A stretch of DNA of 58,723 nt from a virus (lineage: Duplodnaviria > Caudoviricetes), in IMG/VR virus record IMGVR_UViG_3300045955_000216, positions 1-58,723 of that record. The stretch is one strand, 5' to 3'. The translations under genes were made by a program, and so were the position numbers. Positions within the stretch are counted from its first letter, which is position 1. Every line of letters begins with the position of its first letter. Shown here one piece after another: positions 35,565 to 45,716 of the stretch. Below the pieces are notes generated by a model. It was not told the DNA's origin. It saw only the letters and a program-made list of their open reading frames with translations, and made no database searches.

Positions 35565-36449
35565 CTAGCGGTAGGGCCCCGTCGTGGGGTACCGGGGCCC
35601 GTTGAGCGCCTGCTTGAGGCGGCCGTCCTCGACGATGAGGATTTCGACGCCCTTCCCGAAGAGCACGCCCGCCCCGTCCGCGCGGTTGTCGTTCCGCATG
35701 GCATGGAGGAAGTAGAGGCCCGCGTCGGCGATGAGCTGGCGGTACGGGGTCGGGACCAGGATGGTGACCCCCACCCCGTCGAGGTCCGGGGGGTAGAGCG
35801 TGTGCGGGACCTCGTAGCGGCGCGCGACGGTCGGGTAGTGGCTCAGGCGGATCCCGGTCATCCCGATCCGGGCCGCCCGGAGCGGCTCGTCGGCGCCGGT
35901 GCGCGGCTCCGGCCAATCCTCCCGGAGCTTCTCTTCGCTGATGAGCTCGATCTCGCGGCCGTCCTGGGCGCTGTAGATGCCCAGGAGATGCCGGAGGGTG
36001 CCGCCGCTGTAGGGCGTCGTGAGGGTGTACTCGTCCTTGTAGACCGTGAAGGGCACCGCCCCGTCCGTGCCCTGCCAGGCCACGTCGAGGTCGAAGCTGG
36101 CGCTCCCGGCCGTGTGGGTCAGGATCCGGTAGAACCCCTGGCTCGAGCTCAGGGGGTAGAACTTCCGGCCGGCGAAGGACCCGAGGCCCACCGCCGGCGC
36201 GATCGAGAAGGTCGCGGTCGCCGAGCCCCCGGTCAGCGTGACCAGGCCCGCGGCATACGGGGCGACCGTGACGAAGGCCGCGGGCTGCGGGGCCCGGAGG
36301 AACAGGAACGGGTGCCGGTTGCAGAGCTCCCGGTACCCGCGGACCGTCGCCCGCTGCGCGGCGACATAGAAGTCGCCGCTGGTGTCGGCGAGGTTCTCCC
36401 CGGCTCGATCCAGGACGTCTTGAAATAACTCAGTAAAGGTGCTTAGCAT
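35565..36449 (-). CDS. Head-tail adaptor
   Basis: TFTEL..V..R...HPF.FL, PTPYRQLI pattern. Confidence 0.65.
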   Translation of the reverse strand: MLSTFTELFQDVLDRAGENLADTSGDFYVAAQRATVRGYRELCNRHPFLFLRAPQPAAFVTVAPYAAGLVTLTGGSATATFSIAPAVGLGSFAGRKFYPLSSSQGFYRILTHTAGSASFDLDVAWQGTDGAVPFTVYKDEYTLTTPYSGGTLRHLLGIYSAQDGREIELISEEKLREDWPEPRTGADEPLRAARIGMTGIRLSHYPTVARRYEVPHTLYPPDLDGVGVTILVPTPYRQLIADAGLYFLHAMRNDNRADGAGVLFGKGVEILIVEDGRLKQALNGPRYPTTGPYR

Positions 36450-36457
36450 GTCCCATC

Positions 36458-37030
36458 GTGGGACGACATGTCGGTCCTCCGGGGACGCGGTGGTGTCCGA
36501 GATGCCGTGACTTTCGGCCGCGCGAGACCTTCGGGCCCACGCGCGCCCGGGCGTACTGCCATCCGTGCTATGCCGCCTACATGGCCGAGCGCACAGGCGG
36601 CTACCGCGTGGGGCCCCGAGGGCGCCGCACGCAGATGCCGCTCGCGAGCGGTCGGCGGCGATGTACCGCCTGTGGCCTGGTAAAGGCGCTGGACGCCTTC
36701 TGGCGCCTGGGCCGCTCGTACCGTTCTCAGTGCGGTGCCTGCTCCGCCCCGCGAAACCGGCGATACGACCAGGTCGTGAGAGCGGAGGTTCTCGCCGCCT
36801 ATGGCGGCAAGTGCGCCTGTTGCGGGGAGACTGAGAGCGCGTTCCTTACCATCGACCATGCGAACGGCGATGGAGCTCGGCATCGTGCCCTCGTTGGCCG
36901 GACCAGTGTGTGTTGGTGGCTGCGCCGGCAGGGGTTCCCCCAGGGGTTTCAGGTGCTCTGCTGGAACTGCAACGTCGCGAAGCACCTCCTTGGGGCGTGC
37001 CCTCACCCAGCACGCGACCTCTTGCCCTGA
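36458..37030 (+). CDS. HNH homing-type endonuclease, inverted orientation
   Basis: YGGKCACCGE..LTIDH...LCWNCN; two CxxC fingers. Confidence 0.85.
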   Translation: MGRHVGPPGTRWCPRCRDFRPRETFGPTRARAYCHPCYAAYMAERTGGYRVGPRGRRTQMPLASGRRRCTACGLVKALDAFWRLGRSYRSQCGACSAPRNRRYDQVVRAEVLAAYGGKCACCGETESAFLTIDHANGDGARHRALVGRTSVCWWLRRQGFPQGFQVLCWNCNVAKHLLGACPHPARDLLP

Positions 37031-37033
37031 CCG

Positions 37034-37312
37034 CTAGGCCGGCCGCTGCTTGCCCGGCTTGGTCTTCGACTGGATCTCGGCCTCGCGGGACTGCATGAAG
37101 GGGTCATTGACCTTCGCCCGCGAGGTCTGGTCGTGGCGCGTGGTCTCGAGGCTCTTGCCGAAGAGCTCCATCCCCTTCGAGGGGCCCGGACCGGCGTTGG
37201 CCCCCCCGTGGAGGCTCACGTCCTTCGGCTCGCCCTTCGGGGCGAACGCCCCGTAGCTCGAGCGGACCTCGTCAGCGCAGGGGGCGCTCTTGCCCTGGTA
37301 GTCGGTGCCCAT
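37034..37312 (-). CDS. Hypothetical protein
   Basis: GAGGAGG RBS. Confidence 0.6.
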   Translation of the reverse strand: MGTDYQGKSAPCADEVRSSYGAFAPKGEPKDVSLHGGANAGPGPSKGMELFGKSLETTRHDQTSRAKVNDPFMQSREAEIQSKTKPGKQRPA

Positions 37313-37377
37313 CACAGCCTCCTCAGCGTGTGAAGCGTGGGTCGTTACACTTCGGGTCCCGGTCGCGCCGGCCCGGT

Positions 37378-37884
37378 TTAGGCGCCGGTCAGCACCTCCG
37401 CGCTGATGCCGCGGTCGTGCGGCGGGAGCCCGGTGCCGTCGCCGAGGTCCGGATCGCCCTGGCGGAAGGTCACGCCGGCGGCGTTGTAGGCGGTCGTGCC
37501 GAAGGTGAAGCCGGCCGCCACCGCGATCTCGATGATGGCGACCGTCGTCTTGTTGGCCGAGCGGCGCGGGATCGGCGCCAGGGCGATCGCCGAGGCGATG
37601 GCGCCCTGCTTGCCCGTGATGGCCCCGGCCGTGTCGATCTCGAGCCGGACCCGGCAGCACTCGCCGGCGCCCAGGTTCGTGAAGCTGTTGTCGAAGTCGG
37701 CGACGGGATCCGCGGCGGCCACCGTATACGCCTGGTCCTTGATCCAGAACGAGTGGGCGTCCGCCCGGACGCGGGTGGTCGTGGTGCCGACCCGATAGTT
37801 CCCGTAGGTGGTGCGGTTCACGAGCGCCTGGAGGAGGTTGAAGAGGTCCTTCTCCCCTCCCACGCCGCGCGGTTGAATGACCAT
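37378..37884 (-). CDS. Putative capsid decoration/cement protein
   Basis: Beta-rich, FTFGTT motif; downstream of capsid. Confidence 0.5.
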   Translation of the reverse strand: MVIQPRGVGGEKDLFNLLQALVNRTTYGNYRVGTTTTRVRADAHSFWIKDQAYTVAAADPVADFDNSFTNLGAGECCRVRLEIDTAGAITGKQGAIASAIALAPIPRRSANKTTVAIIEIAVAAGFTFGTTAYNAAGVTFRQGDPDLGDGTGLPPHDRGISAEVLTGA

Positions 37885-37905
37885 GTCTGCCTCCCGCCCG
37901 GCCGC

Positions 37906-38481
37906 TTAGGCCAGGCCCATCGCGGCCAGCACCGGCCGGCCGCGGTCCACGTCTCGGCGCTCGCGCTCGAGCTCCATCCGCACGAACCGCTCAATGCGAT
38001 GGGCGACCTCCGGCGTGGCCCGCACCGAGAACTCCGGCGCGTCGTCCGCGCCCTCGTGTCGGAGGAACCAGGCGAGGTGCCCGATGTGGCGGACCACATG
38101 CCAGGGCTTGCCTTCCTTCCGCGTCTGCCGCTCGCGGATCGGGAGGCCGTTGGTGTCGACGGCGGCGAAGTCGTAGCTGGTCGCCCCCTCGGTCGAGGGG
38201 AGATAGAGCTTGCCGCCGGGGCGGCTGGGATCCGCGATCTCCCGGACGGAGCCGCGGAGATACACGTTCTTCGAGGGGTGGTTGCCGAGGTACACGACGC
38301 GCGCCTCGACCGCCCACATCGTCGGATCCGACCGCTCCTGCCGCGGGGGCCGGAGGGTGATCTCCTGGTCCTCGGGCTCGAGCGTCCGCATCGGGACCGG
38401 CTCGGCCTCGCGCTCGAGCGGGTCCATCACGGCCACCGCCCCCTGCGGGGCGAGCTCCTTGTCCGACGGCTTGCGCGGCAT
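37906..38481 (-). CDS. Hypothetical protein
   Basis: AAGGAG RBS. Confidence 0.7.
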   Translation of the reverse strand: MPRKPSDKELAPQGAVAVMDPLEREAEPVPMRTLEPEDQEITLRPPRQERSDPTMWAVEARVVYLGNHPSKNVYLRGSVREIADPSRPGGKLYLPSTEGATSYDFAAVDTNGLPIRERQTRKEGKPWHVVRHIGHLAWFLRHEGADDAPEFSVRATPEVAHRIERFVRMELERERRDVDRGRPVLAAMGLA

Positions 38482-38502
38482 AGCACGCGACTCCTTCTCC
38501 CG

Positions 38503-38544
38503 CGCCGGCGACCCCGGAGGGCGCGGGCCCCCCGGGGTCCGGCG
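38503..38544 (-). terminator. GC hairpin after capsid gene
   Basis: CGCCGG.GACCCCGG...CCGGGGTCCGGCG; no clear U-tract. Confidence 0.35.
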
Positions 38545-38551
38545 TCAGGGG

Positions 38552-39697
38552 TTACGAGATGTTGCTGCGGAAGGTCCGCACGGTGATGACACCGTTGTCC
38601 ACGCTGTTGAAGACCGCCTTCGTCACGTCGTAGATCGCGGAAATGGCGAAGCCGATCTTGTTGGCGTAGTCGAAGGACTGCTCCACCCACTGTGGGCGCT
38701 CGCCCCAGGCGAAGACGCCGGCCTGGCGGCCCAGGAAGAGGTTCTCGGAGCCGGCGAGGTTGCTGCCGGCGCCCCAGGTCGTCGCGAGCGCGGTCCGGGT
38801 CGAGCTCCGGATGACCACACCGTCCCAGATGCCCTCGGCGCCGGTGAAGAGGGGGTTCATCTTCCCCCGCTCCTGCGCCTCGCGCTGGGCCTGGGACCAC
38901 GCGGGATCCTTGAGCTTGAGGTCATGCAGCGAGTCCGGGGAGACGACGAGCAGGAAGTAGTCCCCGCCCTCGATCCGGACCGGGAAGATCTGCGGCGTCG
39001 CCTTGCGGGCGATGACCTTGACCCGCGAGATGAGGGCCAGGTCGAGGTAGTCGCCCGACTCGATCGTCGCCGTCGAGACCGCGTCCCCGCCGTAGGCCAC
39101 GCGGCCGGACGAGGGCGAGGTCGAGAGGGCGGTGAAAATCTTGTCGTCGATCTGGTCCGCCAGCCAGTCCTTGAGGAGCTGCTTCGCCACCTTGCGCTGC
39201 TCGAACGCCGTGCGGCGCTCGGACAGCCGGCCGGCGAGGCGGACACCGTTCCGGTACTGGTTGAGGGTGACGTCGTCGGAGTGGAACGTCATCGCCTCTT
39301 CGGAGCCTTCCAGCGTCGTGTCGCCGGTGACGCCGGCGCCGGTGAGCTGCCGCGCCAGGGTGAAGGTGATCTTCTCGCCGGGCTTCCCGTCGAGCTCTTC
39401 CTTGACCTGGATGATGGCGTTGACCTCCTTCTGGAGGTACGGCGCCATGAAGACGGCCTCGGGCAGTTCGAGCCAGATGTCGTCGGACCAGGCCTGGACG
39501 GCGATCGCGGCGCCGCCGGCCACGGTCGTGTCGGCCCCGCCCGAGATGGACAGGCCGAGGCGGAGGAGCCGCTGGGTCGGCGTCTCGAGGAGGCGTGGGG
39601 CCTCACCGGCCGCACGCAGGAGACGGGTCGGCGTCCAGAACAGCGTGACGAGCGCCGCGAGGACGCTCGCCCACAGGGTCCGGATGGTGGCGATCAT
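38552..39697 (-). CDS. Major capsid protein, N4-gp56/DUF4043 family
   Basis: GEKITF.L...L.G.GVTGD..LEG.EE; NPLFTG..G.WDGV. Confidence 0.9.
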   Translation of the reverse strand: MIATIRTLWASVLAALVTLFWTPTRLLRAAGEAPRLLETPTQRLLRLGLSISGGADTTVAGGAAIAVQAWSDDIWLELPEAVFMAPYLQKEVNAIIQVKEELDGKPGEKITFTLARQLTGAGVTGDTTLEGSEEAMTFHSDDVTLNQYRNGVRLAGRLSERRTAFEQRKVAKQLLKDWLADQIDDKIFTALSTSPSSGRVAYGGDAVSTATIESGDYLDLALISRVKVIARKATPQIFPVRIEGGDYFLLVVSPDSLHDLKLKDPAWSQAQREAQERGKMNPLFTGAEGIWDGVVIRSSTRTALATTWGAGSNLAGSENLFLGRQAGVFAWGERPQWVEQSFDYANKIGFAISAIYDVTKAVFNSVDNGVITVRTFRSNIS

Positions 39698-39716
39698 GGG
39701 AGTCGACTCCTCCGGG

Positions 39717-40634
39717 TCAGGCGCCCCCCAGGTACCATTGCCACACGTCCGGGCGGTCCTTCTTCAAGCGCGCCTTTTGGTCGTCGGTCATGGCGTGAAT
39801 CTGCGGGCGCGTGAGCCCGGTGCGAGCGGAGGTGGAACCGGGAAGAGCGCCGATCCCACGCGGCCGGTCGGCCGCGGCTACGACCTGTTGAACGGTCTCG
39901 CGGCGCCCGCGGGCTTCCCCACGGATCTCCGCGTCGGCTTCGCGTTCTTTCGCGAGGCGGCCCTGGGCGTACTCGTAGGCCGTCCGCGCGGGGTCTTCGG
40001 ACTGGTAGATGTGCTGGTAGAGCCACGGGTCCCGGGGGCGCCCGCTTTGCGCGTCCGGTCGGATGTCCGCCAGGACGCCGCTCCGGCGGAGGACGTCCCG
40101 GTAGTCCTTGTGGTCGCGCTCAAAGGCCGTCTGCGTGCGGGCCACCTTCTCGGCCACCAGGGCCGCATCGCGCGCCGCGAGCTCGCCCCGGACCCGTTGC
40201 TCGATGCGCTGCTCGAGGTCCGCGGCGATGTCGTTGAGGCTCTTGAAGCGGTTGGTGTCCTCGTAATTCGGCCGTTCCGGCTGACGCCGGGCTTCGGCTT
40301 CCCGGCGCGCCCGGGCGGCCTCCTGGTGGTACTCCTCCCGGAGCCGCTCGGATTCCTCGAACTTCCGCTGATACTCCTTCCGTCGGCTGCGCTCAGCATC
40401 GAGCGCCGCCTTCGGCACCATCGGGGCCCGCTTCTCCCCGTCCGGGGGGCGGGTCTCCGTCGCCGGGGGCGCGCCCTCGGCGGTCGTCGCGGCCGGCTCG
40501 CTGCCCTCGGCGCCCGGTGTCGGGGTCTCGGCGTCCGCCGGAACCTCGACCGGGACGTCCTGGAGCAAGTCCGCCGGGAGCTGGACCTCGAGGACCTCTT
40601 GATCCGGGTCGACCACTTGGGTCTCTGGTGCCAT
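39717..40634 (-). CDS. Scaffolding protein
   Basis: Acidic N-terminus, VP..AL..ER..RK, DPA..AY. Confidence 0.8.
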   Translation of the reverse strand: MAPETQVVDPDQEVLEVQLPADLLQDVPVEVPADAETPTPGAEGSEPAATTAEGAPPATETRPPDGEKRAPMVPKAALDAERSRRKEYQRKFEESERLREEYHQEAARARREAEARRQPERPNYEDTNRFKSLNDIAADLEQRIEQRVRGELAARDAALVAEKVARTQTAFERDHKDYRDVLRRSGVLADIRPDAQSGRPRDPWLYQHIYQSEDPARTAYEYAQGRLAKEREADAEIRGEARGRRETVQQVVAAADRPRGIGALPGSTSARTGLTRPQIHAMTDDQKARLKKDRPDVWQWYLGGA

Positions 40635-40698
40635 CGCTGCCTACCTCCCTGTGCCGGGTCTCACGGGCCGGCGTCCGATGGGCCTTGGTAACGGGGGG

Positions 40699-40773
40699 GC
40701 CTCCCCGAAAAACGACACGCGCGCCGGAGAGCTCCTGGGAGCCCTCGGGCGCGCGTGGTTCGCGTCTGCCCCG
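40699..40773 (-). promoter_or_regulatory. Conserved terminator-containing leader element, copy A
   Basis: CGGGGCAGACGCG-AAC-CACGCGCGCCC..hairpin..TTTTTCGGGGAGGC; second copy at 53681-53752. Confidence 0.7.
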
Positions 40774-40891
40774 GTCGGTCTCGGCGACCGGTGCTATCTC
40801 ATACGGGGACCTCGCGGGATCTCAACCGGGGACCGTTGTCGCATCGCTTCCTCTCTACCACACGTTTCCCGCGGCCTCGCGAGAACGGCCC

Positions 40892-42940
40892 TCACGGGGT
40901 CCGCATCCCGGCCTGGCGACGGGCCGTCGTGACGCCGTCCTTCGGGATCGGGAGCGCCCCCGGCTCGTAGGCGTTCGGCTGGCCCCGCTGGGTCCGCCCG
41001 GGGATCGGGGGCGGCCCGGCGGCCCCGGGCATCGCCGCCGCGGGCGGGGTGGCGACGGGGTTCCCGTCGGCGTCGATGAGGCCCTGCCGCTGCATGAGGG
41101 TCCGGATCCGGGCCAGGACCCGCTCCCGCTCCGGGATGTCCGAGAGCTCGACCACGAAGTCGACCAGGACCGGGGCCAGGGCCGGCGCGCGCTGGATCAG
41201 GTCCATGAGGGTCTGGGTCGCCTGCATCCGGGCGGTCGGGGTCGACGGCGAGTCGGCGATCATGACGTCGATCTTCACGTCGGGGATCCGGTTCGACGTG
41301 GTGATCGCGCCGCTCTCGGCGTCGACCTGGCGCTGGTTGAGGGTCACGAAGTCGGTGTCCGCCGCGCCGGTGTCCAGGCGGACCGTCCGCTCCGCGGTGT
41401 AGACCTGTTGGACGCGCTTCGCGAAGCGCCGGGCGATCTGCCGGCGGGACCGCTTGTAGTTGTCGAAGATGGCGGTCGCGATGATCTGCCCCTGTTGCTG
41501 CCGGCGCGCGATCGCGATGCCCGAGGCGTCGGCGTCCCGCTGCCCCATGAGGTCCGCGTTGACGCCGCTGATCTCCTTGATCTCCTGCTTCGCGACGGCC
41601 TGCATCTGCCAGACCCAGGGGGGCATCTGCGGCGGGGTGACCTGTTGCGGGACCGGGGCCTCGCGGCTCCGGAGCCAGTAGACGTGCCCGGCGCCCTGGC
41701 CGCTCTCGAGGCCGGACTCGTTCTCGAGGGTCCCGCGGTGGGCGAACCAGCGGATCGCGCCGAAGCGAGCGATGTTGTCGGCCATCGCGGAGCGGCGCTT
41801 GTTGACCTCCCGCTGGGGGTCCTTGAGGTTCCGGACGATGCCCAGGATCTCGTCGAGCTCGCGGTAGCAGACGAACGGGACGAAGGGGTAGTCCTGGGTG
41901 TCGTTCTCGAAGGGGTTCCCGTGCTCGAGCTCGATCCCGAGGGCCGGCAGGATGACGCTCATCTTGACCACGCGGCGCTGCCGGCGAATCACCCGGACGT
42001 CCTCGTCGCGCTGGGCCCAGGCCCGGGCGGCCTCGAGGGTGACGGGGTCGTCCGGGATCTCCTCGACGCGGTCCTCCCGGAGGTCCACGAGGAGGTGGAC
42101 CGTCTCCCACTCGCGGAACCAGGCTTCGACGATCCGGACCTCGTGGGCCGTCTCGTCGTAGAAGCTGATCGCGTCGAGGATGTCGCGCCGCCGGTAGTTA
42201 TCGAGCGGGTCGACGCCCTCGACGATCTGCTCGCGCACCTTGCCGGCGGCGACGGCGTAGGTCTCGACCGCCCGGCGAATATCCGTCTCGTGGTCCGGCC
42301 AGGCGGCCACCACGTCGTCGACCGGCACCATCCGATGCCAGAACTGCTCCCGGGCGTCGCTCCAGTCGTACCGCTCGCTGTAGGGATCGGCGAGCCACTC
42401 GCCCAGGCGGATCTTCCGGAGCTCGACCTCGCCGTGGATCGGGTCGCTGTCGTAGTTGATGCCGACCCGCCAGGTCCCCAGGCCCGTGACGACGCCGTCC
42501 TTGAAACCCTCCGAGAGGATCCACTCCCCGTCCTGGTTGTCCATCTCGCGCTTCATGAGGCGCCCCAGGAGGGTGACGTTCTCGAGGTCCTCGCGCCCCT
42601 CGGGGATCGGCTTGGCCTCGAGGCGCGCGGACCGCTCGTAGCCGGTCAGGACCTCGACGACCGGGCGGATCTCGTTGATCGTGAGGACCGTGCGCTCCTG
42701 GGCCTCGAGCTTCCGGCGGACGTCCGGATCCCACTGTTCGCCGATGACGAAGAGGTAGTCTTCGCCGGCCTGGCGGCGCCACCGCTGCCAGAGCGGGTGG
42801 GTCCAGTATTCGACGAACCGCTGCCGGAGCCGGTCCACGCGCGCCTGGGCCGCCGCCGGCTGGTCGGGCGACGCCGCGGCCCAATCGGGGTACCCGAGGA
42901 ACTTGCCAAGGGTCCGGGAGTGCAGCTCGCCGACGGCCAT
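40892..42940 (-). CDS. Portal protein, P22-like
   Basis: GEQW...LTINEI, LKDPQREVNKRRS, SGIAIARRQQQG. Confidence 0.92.
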   Translation of the reverse strand: MAVGELHSRTLGKFLGYPDWAAASPDQPAAAQARVDRLRQRFVEYWTHPLWQRWRRQAGEDYLFVIGEQWDPDVRRKLEAQERTVLTINEIRPVVEVLTGYERSARLEAKPIPEGREDLENVTLLGRLMKREMDNQDGEWILSEGFKDGVVTGLGTWRVGINYDSDPIHGEVELRKIRLGEWLADPYSERYDWSDAREQFWHRMVPVDDVVAAWPDHETDIRRAVETYAVAAGKVREQIVEGVDPLDNYRRRDILDAISFYDETAHEVRIVEAWFREWETVHLLVDLREDRVEEIPDDPVTLEAARAWAQRDEDVRVIRRQRRVVKMSVILPALGIELEHGNPFENDTQDYPFVPFVCYRELDEILGIVRNLKDPQREVNKRRSAMADNIARFGAIRWFAHRGTLENESGLESGQGAGHVYWLRSREAPVPQQVTPPQMPPWVWQMQAVAKQEIKEISGVNADLMGQRDADASGIAIARRQQQGQIIATAIFDNYKRSRRQIARRFAKRVQQVYTAERTVRLDTGAADTDFVTLNQRQVDAESGAITTSNRIPDVKIDVMIADSPSTPTARMQATQTLMDLIQRAPALAPVLVDFVVELSDIPERERVLARIRTLMQRQGLIDADGNPVATPPAAAMPGAAGPPPIPGRTQRGQPNAYEPGALPIPKDGVTTARRQAGMRTP

Positions 42941-44269
42941 CTAGAGGAGCTCCACCAGGATCAGGTAGGGGCGGACGCTCAGGTTCGAGCTCGCGCTACT
43001 GTGCTGCGCCGTGATCTCGAGTGTCTGGTCGGCGGTGGAGTCGACCGTCAGGCCCGTGTGGGGCGAGTGCCCGGCCGGGAGCGCCGCGCCTGGCTGCCCA
43101 CCCGTGACGCCCGCGTTCCCGGCCGACGGATCGTAGAGGCCGGAGAGCGAGCCGATCTGGGCGTTGGTCGCTCCGACCGCGTGGAGGAGCCCATCGTACC
43201 GGAAGGCGAAACGGGTCGCCGAGGCGTCAATGGCTACGCCGTTGAGCGTGCCGAAGGTCGTGCCGCCGTATTTCATCCGGACGGTCGTCGTGATGCCGCC
43301 GCCGGTGTCGTTCAGAAGGTCGAGGAAGACCGTGACGCGGAGGCCTCGGCTCGTGCCGAGCGTCCCGCCCTTGATGGTCGGGGCCGTCGTGAAGAGGGAG
43401 GTTTCCGTCGTCGTGTTGACAATGTTCTTGATCGGGTTCCCGACCTCGCGGAAGAGCACCCCGCTCAGGGCGACCGTCTGCCCCGTCGCGTCGAGGACGT
43501 TCAGCCGGTTGACCGCCGGGGTCTCGGTCGGGACGAAGAGCCGGACGCGGTTCGCCGACGGGGTCGACGGGGGCGTCATCTCCTCGAACTGGAAGTAGCT
43601 CGCCCCCGGGAGGGAGGCCGGGTCCACCTGGGGGAGCGTCGCCCCCAGGAGGACCGCCGTGACCGTGCCGGCGCCCCCGCCGCCGTAGGCGGTCGTGGCG
43701 ACCGCGAAGGCCCCCGCTGGCGGGGAGGCCGAGCTCGTCATGAGCGTCCCGCTATCCTGGGCGGCGAGCGTGGTGGCGCTCTTGACCAGGTAGCGGCCCC
43801 GGGTGACGTTCCCCTGGACCTTTACCGTCACCAGGCCCCGGTGGTAGAACTTCCCGGCGACGTTGTTGGAGATGGACTCGGCGGCGACGACATAGGTCTG
43901 GAGGCTGTTGAGCGTGTCCCCGAGCGTCACCGCGGAGTCGTTCGCGGTGTCGATGGCGACGACGTCGTTCACCGCGAGGGAGCCGCCGGTCTTGTTGGTG
44001 AGGGTCAGGTAGCTCGGGCCGTAGATGTCCGGCGCGGCGACCCAGGACCAGCCGTCGGACGCCCCGGTGTCCCGCTGGAAGAGCTGGCCCGTGGTGCCGC
44101 CGTCGATCTGGTGGCAGTCGTTCCAGTCGCTCGGCCGGACCAGAGAGGCGTCGGCGCCGTCCGGCTTGCCGGACACGAAGGAGTGCTTGAGGCACTGGGC
44201 GTCGGCCAGGCCCGGCGCCAGGCCGAGCCCGAGGGCCGCGAGCAGGATCCACGCGAGCGTGCGTCGCAT
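42941..44269 (-). CDS. Tail fibre/head fibre-like protein with signal peptide
   Basis: MRRTLAWILLAALGLGLAPGLADA; H.FVS.K.DG.D.SLVRPSDWN motif; Thr/Gly-rich. Confidence 0.6.
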   Translation of the reverse strand: MRRTLAWILLAALGLGLAPGLADAQCLKHSFVSGKPDGADASLVRPSDWNDCHQIDGGTTGQLFQRDTGASDGWSWVAAPDIYGPSYLTLTNKTGGSLAVNDVVAIDTANDSAVTLGDTLNSLQTYVVAAESISNNVAGKFYHRGLVTVKVQGNVTRGRYLVKSATTLAAQDSGTLMTSSASPPAGAFAVATTAYGGGGAGTVTAVLLGATLPQVDPASLPGASYFQFEEMTPPSTPSANRVRLFVPTETPAVNRLNVLDATGQTVALSGVLFREVGNPIKNIVNTTTETSLFTTAPTIKGGTLGTSRGLRVTVFLDLLNDTGGGITTTVRMKYGGTTFGTLNGVAIDASATRFAFRYDGLLHAVGATNAQIGSLSGLYDPSAGNAGVTGGQPGAALPAGHSPHTGLTVDSTADQTLEITAQHSSASSNLSVRPYLILVELL

Positions 44270-44282
44270 CGTCCTCACCTCC

Positions 44283-45074
44283 CTAACAGCCCACACCCAT
44301 GAGGCTGCGCGTCATCGGACAGGTCACCACCGCACCCTCTAGGGCGATCGTCATCATGCCCTTCGTGCTGTTGGCCGAGGTCGTGTTGGTCGTCGCCCCG
44401 TAGGCTCCGGCCGTCGCCTTCTCGCCGGTGACGAACATCACGCGCCCGTCGTTCCCCGAGGCGTGGCCGAAGTTGTTGGCGGCCGTGTCGTAGCTCGTGG
44501 TGATGTTCGCGAGGTCGGTGTTGGTCCAGGTCGCGCCGAAGTTCTGCGCGTCGTCCATGAGCGTCGCCGCGATGACCACGAGGCAGTTATCGGCCGTCGT
44601 CGTGGCCCCGGTCGCGGACAGGCTCGTGTCGCTGGTGGCGTCCACGTTGCCGGCCGTGATGTTCCAGGGGTCGCCGGTCGTCTTGACCCCCCGGAAGCAG
44701 ATCATCATCCCGGCGTTGTGGTCGCCGGCATCGTTCGTGGTCGGCCCGGTTGTGCCGCCGCCGTCGTAGCGCGCCCAGAAGACGGCGAGCCGGGTCGAGG
44801 ACGCGCCGCCGGCCGCCCCGGTGCCCTGGGGCGAATTGGTCACCTGCGCCCAGGTCTGGCTCCCTTGGGTCGCGATGCTGGAGGCCGTGGCATCGTTCGC
44901 GGTCTCGATGAAGAGCAGACACACATCGTTCGTCGCGAGCCCGGCCGGGAAGGCGACCTGGACCCCGCCGACGCCGTTGTTCGTGGTCACGTCGTTGACG
45001 ACGGTCGGCATCCCGGCCAGGGCCGGGCCGGCCAGGGCGAGGACACACGCGAGGGCGGCCAGCAAGCGGCGCAT
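44283..45074 (-). CDS. Beta-rich virion-associated protein with signal peptide
   Basis: MRRLLAALACVLALAGPALA; Thr/Gly/Ala-rich. Confidence 0.55.
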   Translation of the reverse strand: MRRLLAALACVLALAGPALAGMPTVVNDVTTNNGVGGVQVAFPAGLATNDVCLLFIETANDATASSIATQGSQTWAQVTNSPQGTGAAGGASSTRLAVFWARYDGGGTTGPTTNDAGDHNAGMMICFRGVKTTGDPWNITAGNVDATSDTSLSATGATTTADNCLVVIAATLMDDAQNFGATWTNTDLANITTSYDTAANNFGHASGNDGRVMFVTGEKATAGAYGATTNTTSANSTKGMMTIALEGAVVTCPMTRSLMGVGC

Positions 45075-45716
45075 TCAGTGGACCGGCACCGCGCCGGGGG
45101 TGCCGTGTAGCGGGACGGCCCCGGGGGTCCCGTGGTCGGGCGGGCTCGGGAGGGGACCGTGTTCGTCGCCAAGCTGCTCGAAGGACACATGCGCGAAGGT
45201 CGACGGTCCGGTCGCGCCGTCCCCGATCACGATTTGGGCGACGGTCGACGCGAACGCGACCGATTGCGGCGTGTTGCTCGACACCCAATCGTTGTGCGTC
45301 AGGTCGGCACTGGTGGCGTCGAGGAAGTTGTTAGCCGACGCCGTGTTCCCCGAGACGGTGAACTTGTCGGACCCGTTGTCCCGGATGATGGCTTTCATGC
45401 CGGTGCGGGCGTAGCTAGGATCGCCCATCGCCACACGCACGTTGTAGGTGCCGGCGGCGGTCAGATCGACGCGGACGGTGACCTCGCTGGCTTCGGCGCT
45501 GGGGAAGTGAAACCCCGCGAGCTTGGCGTTGTTGCTGCTATTCCGGTCGCGCTCCTGAATCCCAATCACCGAGGTATACCCGAATGTTACCCCGTTGCGG
45601 GTGACAGGGTAGTCTTCGCCGTTATCTCCGCCATCGTCGAGCAGATAGGTGTCATCGGCCGCGTCGGTGACGTATCCCGACGTCTGGCGGAAGTTGATCC
45701 CCTTCGTCCAGGCCAT
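45075..45716 (-). CDS. Putative carbohydrate-binding protein
   Basis: GTYNVRVAMGD jelly-roll motif; lower GC3; C-terminal HGTPGAVP repeat. Confidence 0.5.
   Translation of the reverse strand: MAWTKGINFRQTSGYVTDAADDTYLLDDGGDNGEDYPVTRNGVTFGYTSVIGIQERDRNSSNNAKLAGFHFPSAEASEVTVRVDLTAAGTYNVRVAMGDPSYARTGMKAIIRDNGSDKFTVSGNTASANNFLDATSADLTHNDWVSSNTPQSVAFASTVAQIVIGDGATGPSTFAHVSFEQLGDEHGPLPSPPDHGTPGAVPLHGTPGAVPVH

Noticed and set aside
36443-37006. Minus-strand 187-aa ORF
   Set aside because: Shadow of the HNH gene, which has clear motifs
40517-44302. 1261-aa plus-strand ORF (also 20794-23637, 25441-28077, 28439-30763, 34185-36428, 50632-53133)
   Set aside because: Antisense shadows of high-GC genes; no motifs or expression signals, unlike 23966-24181
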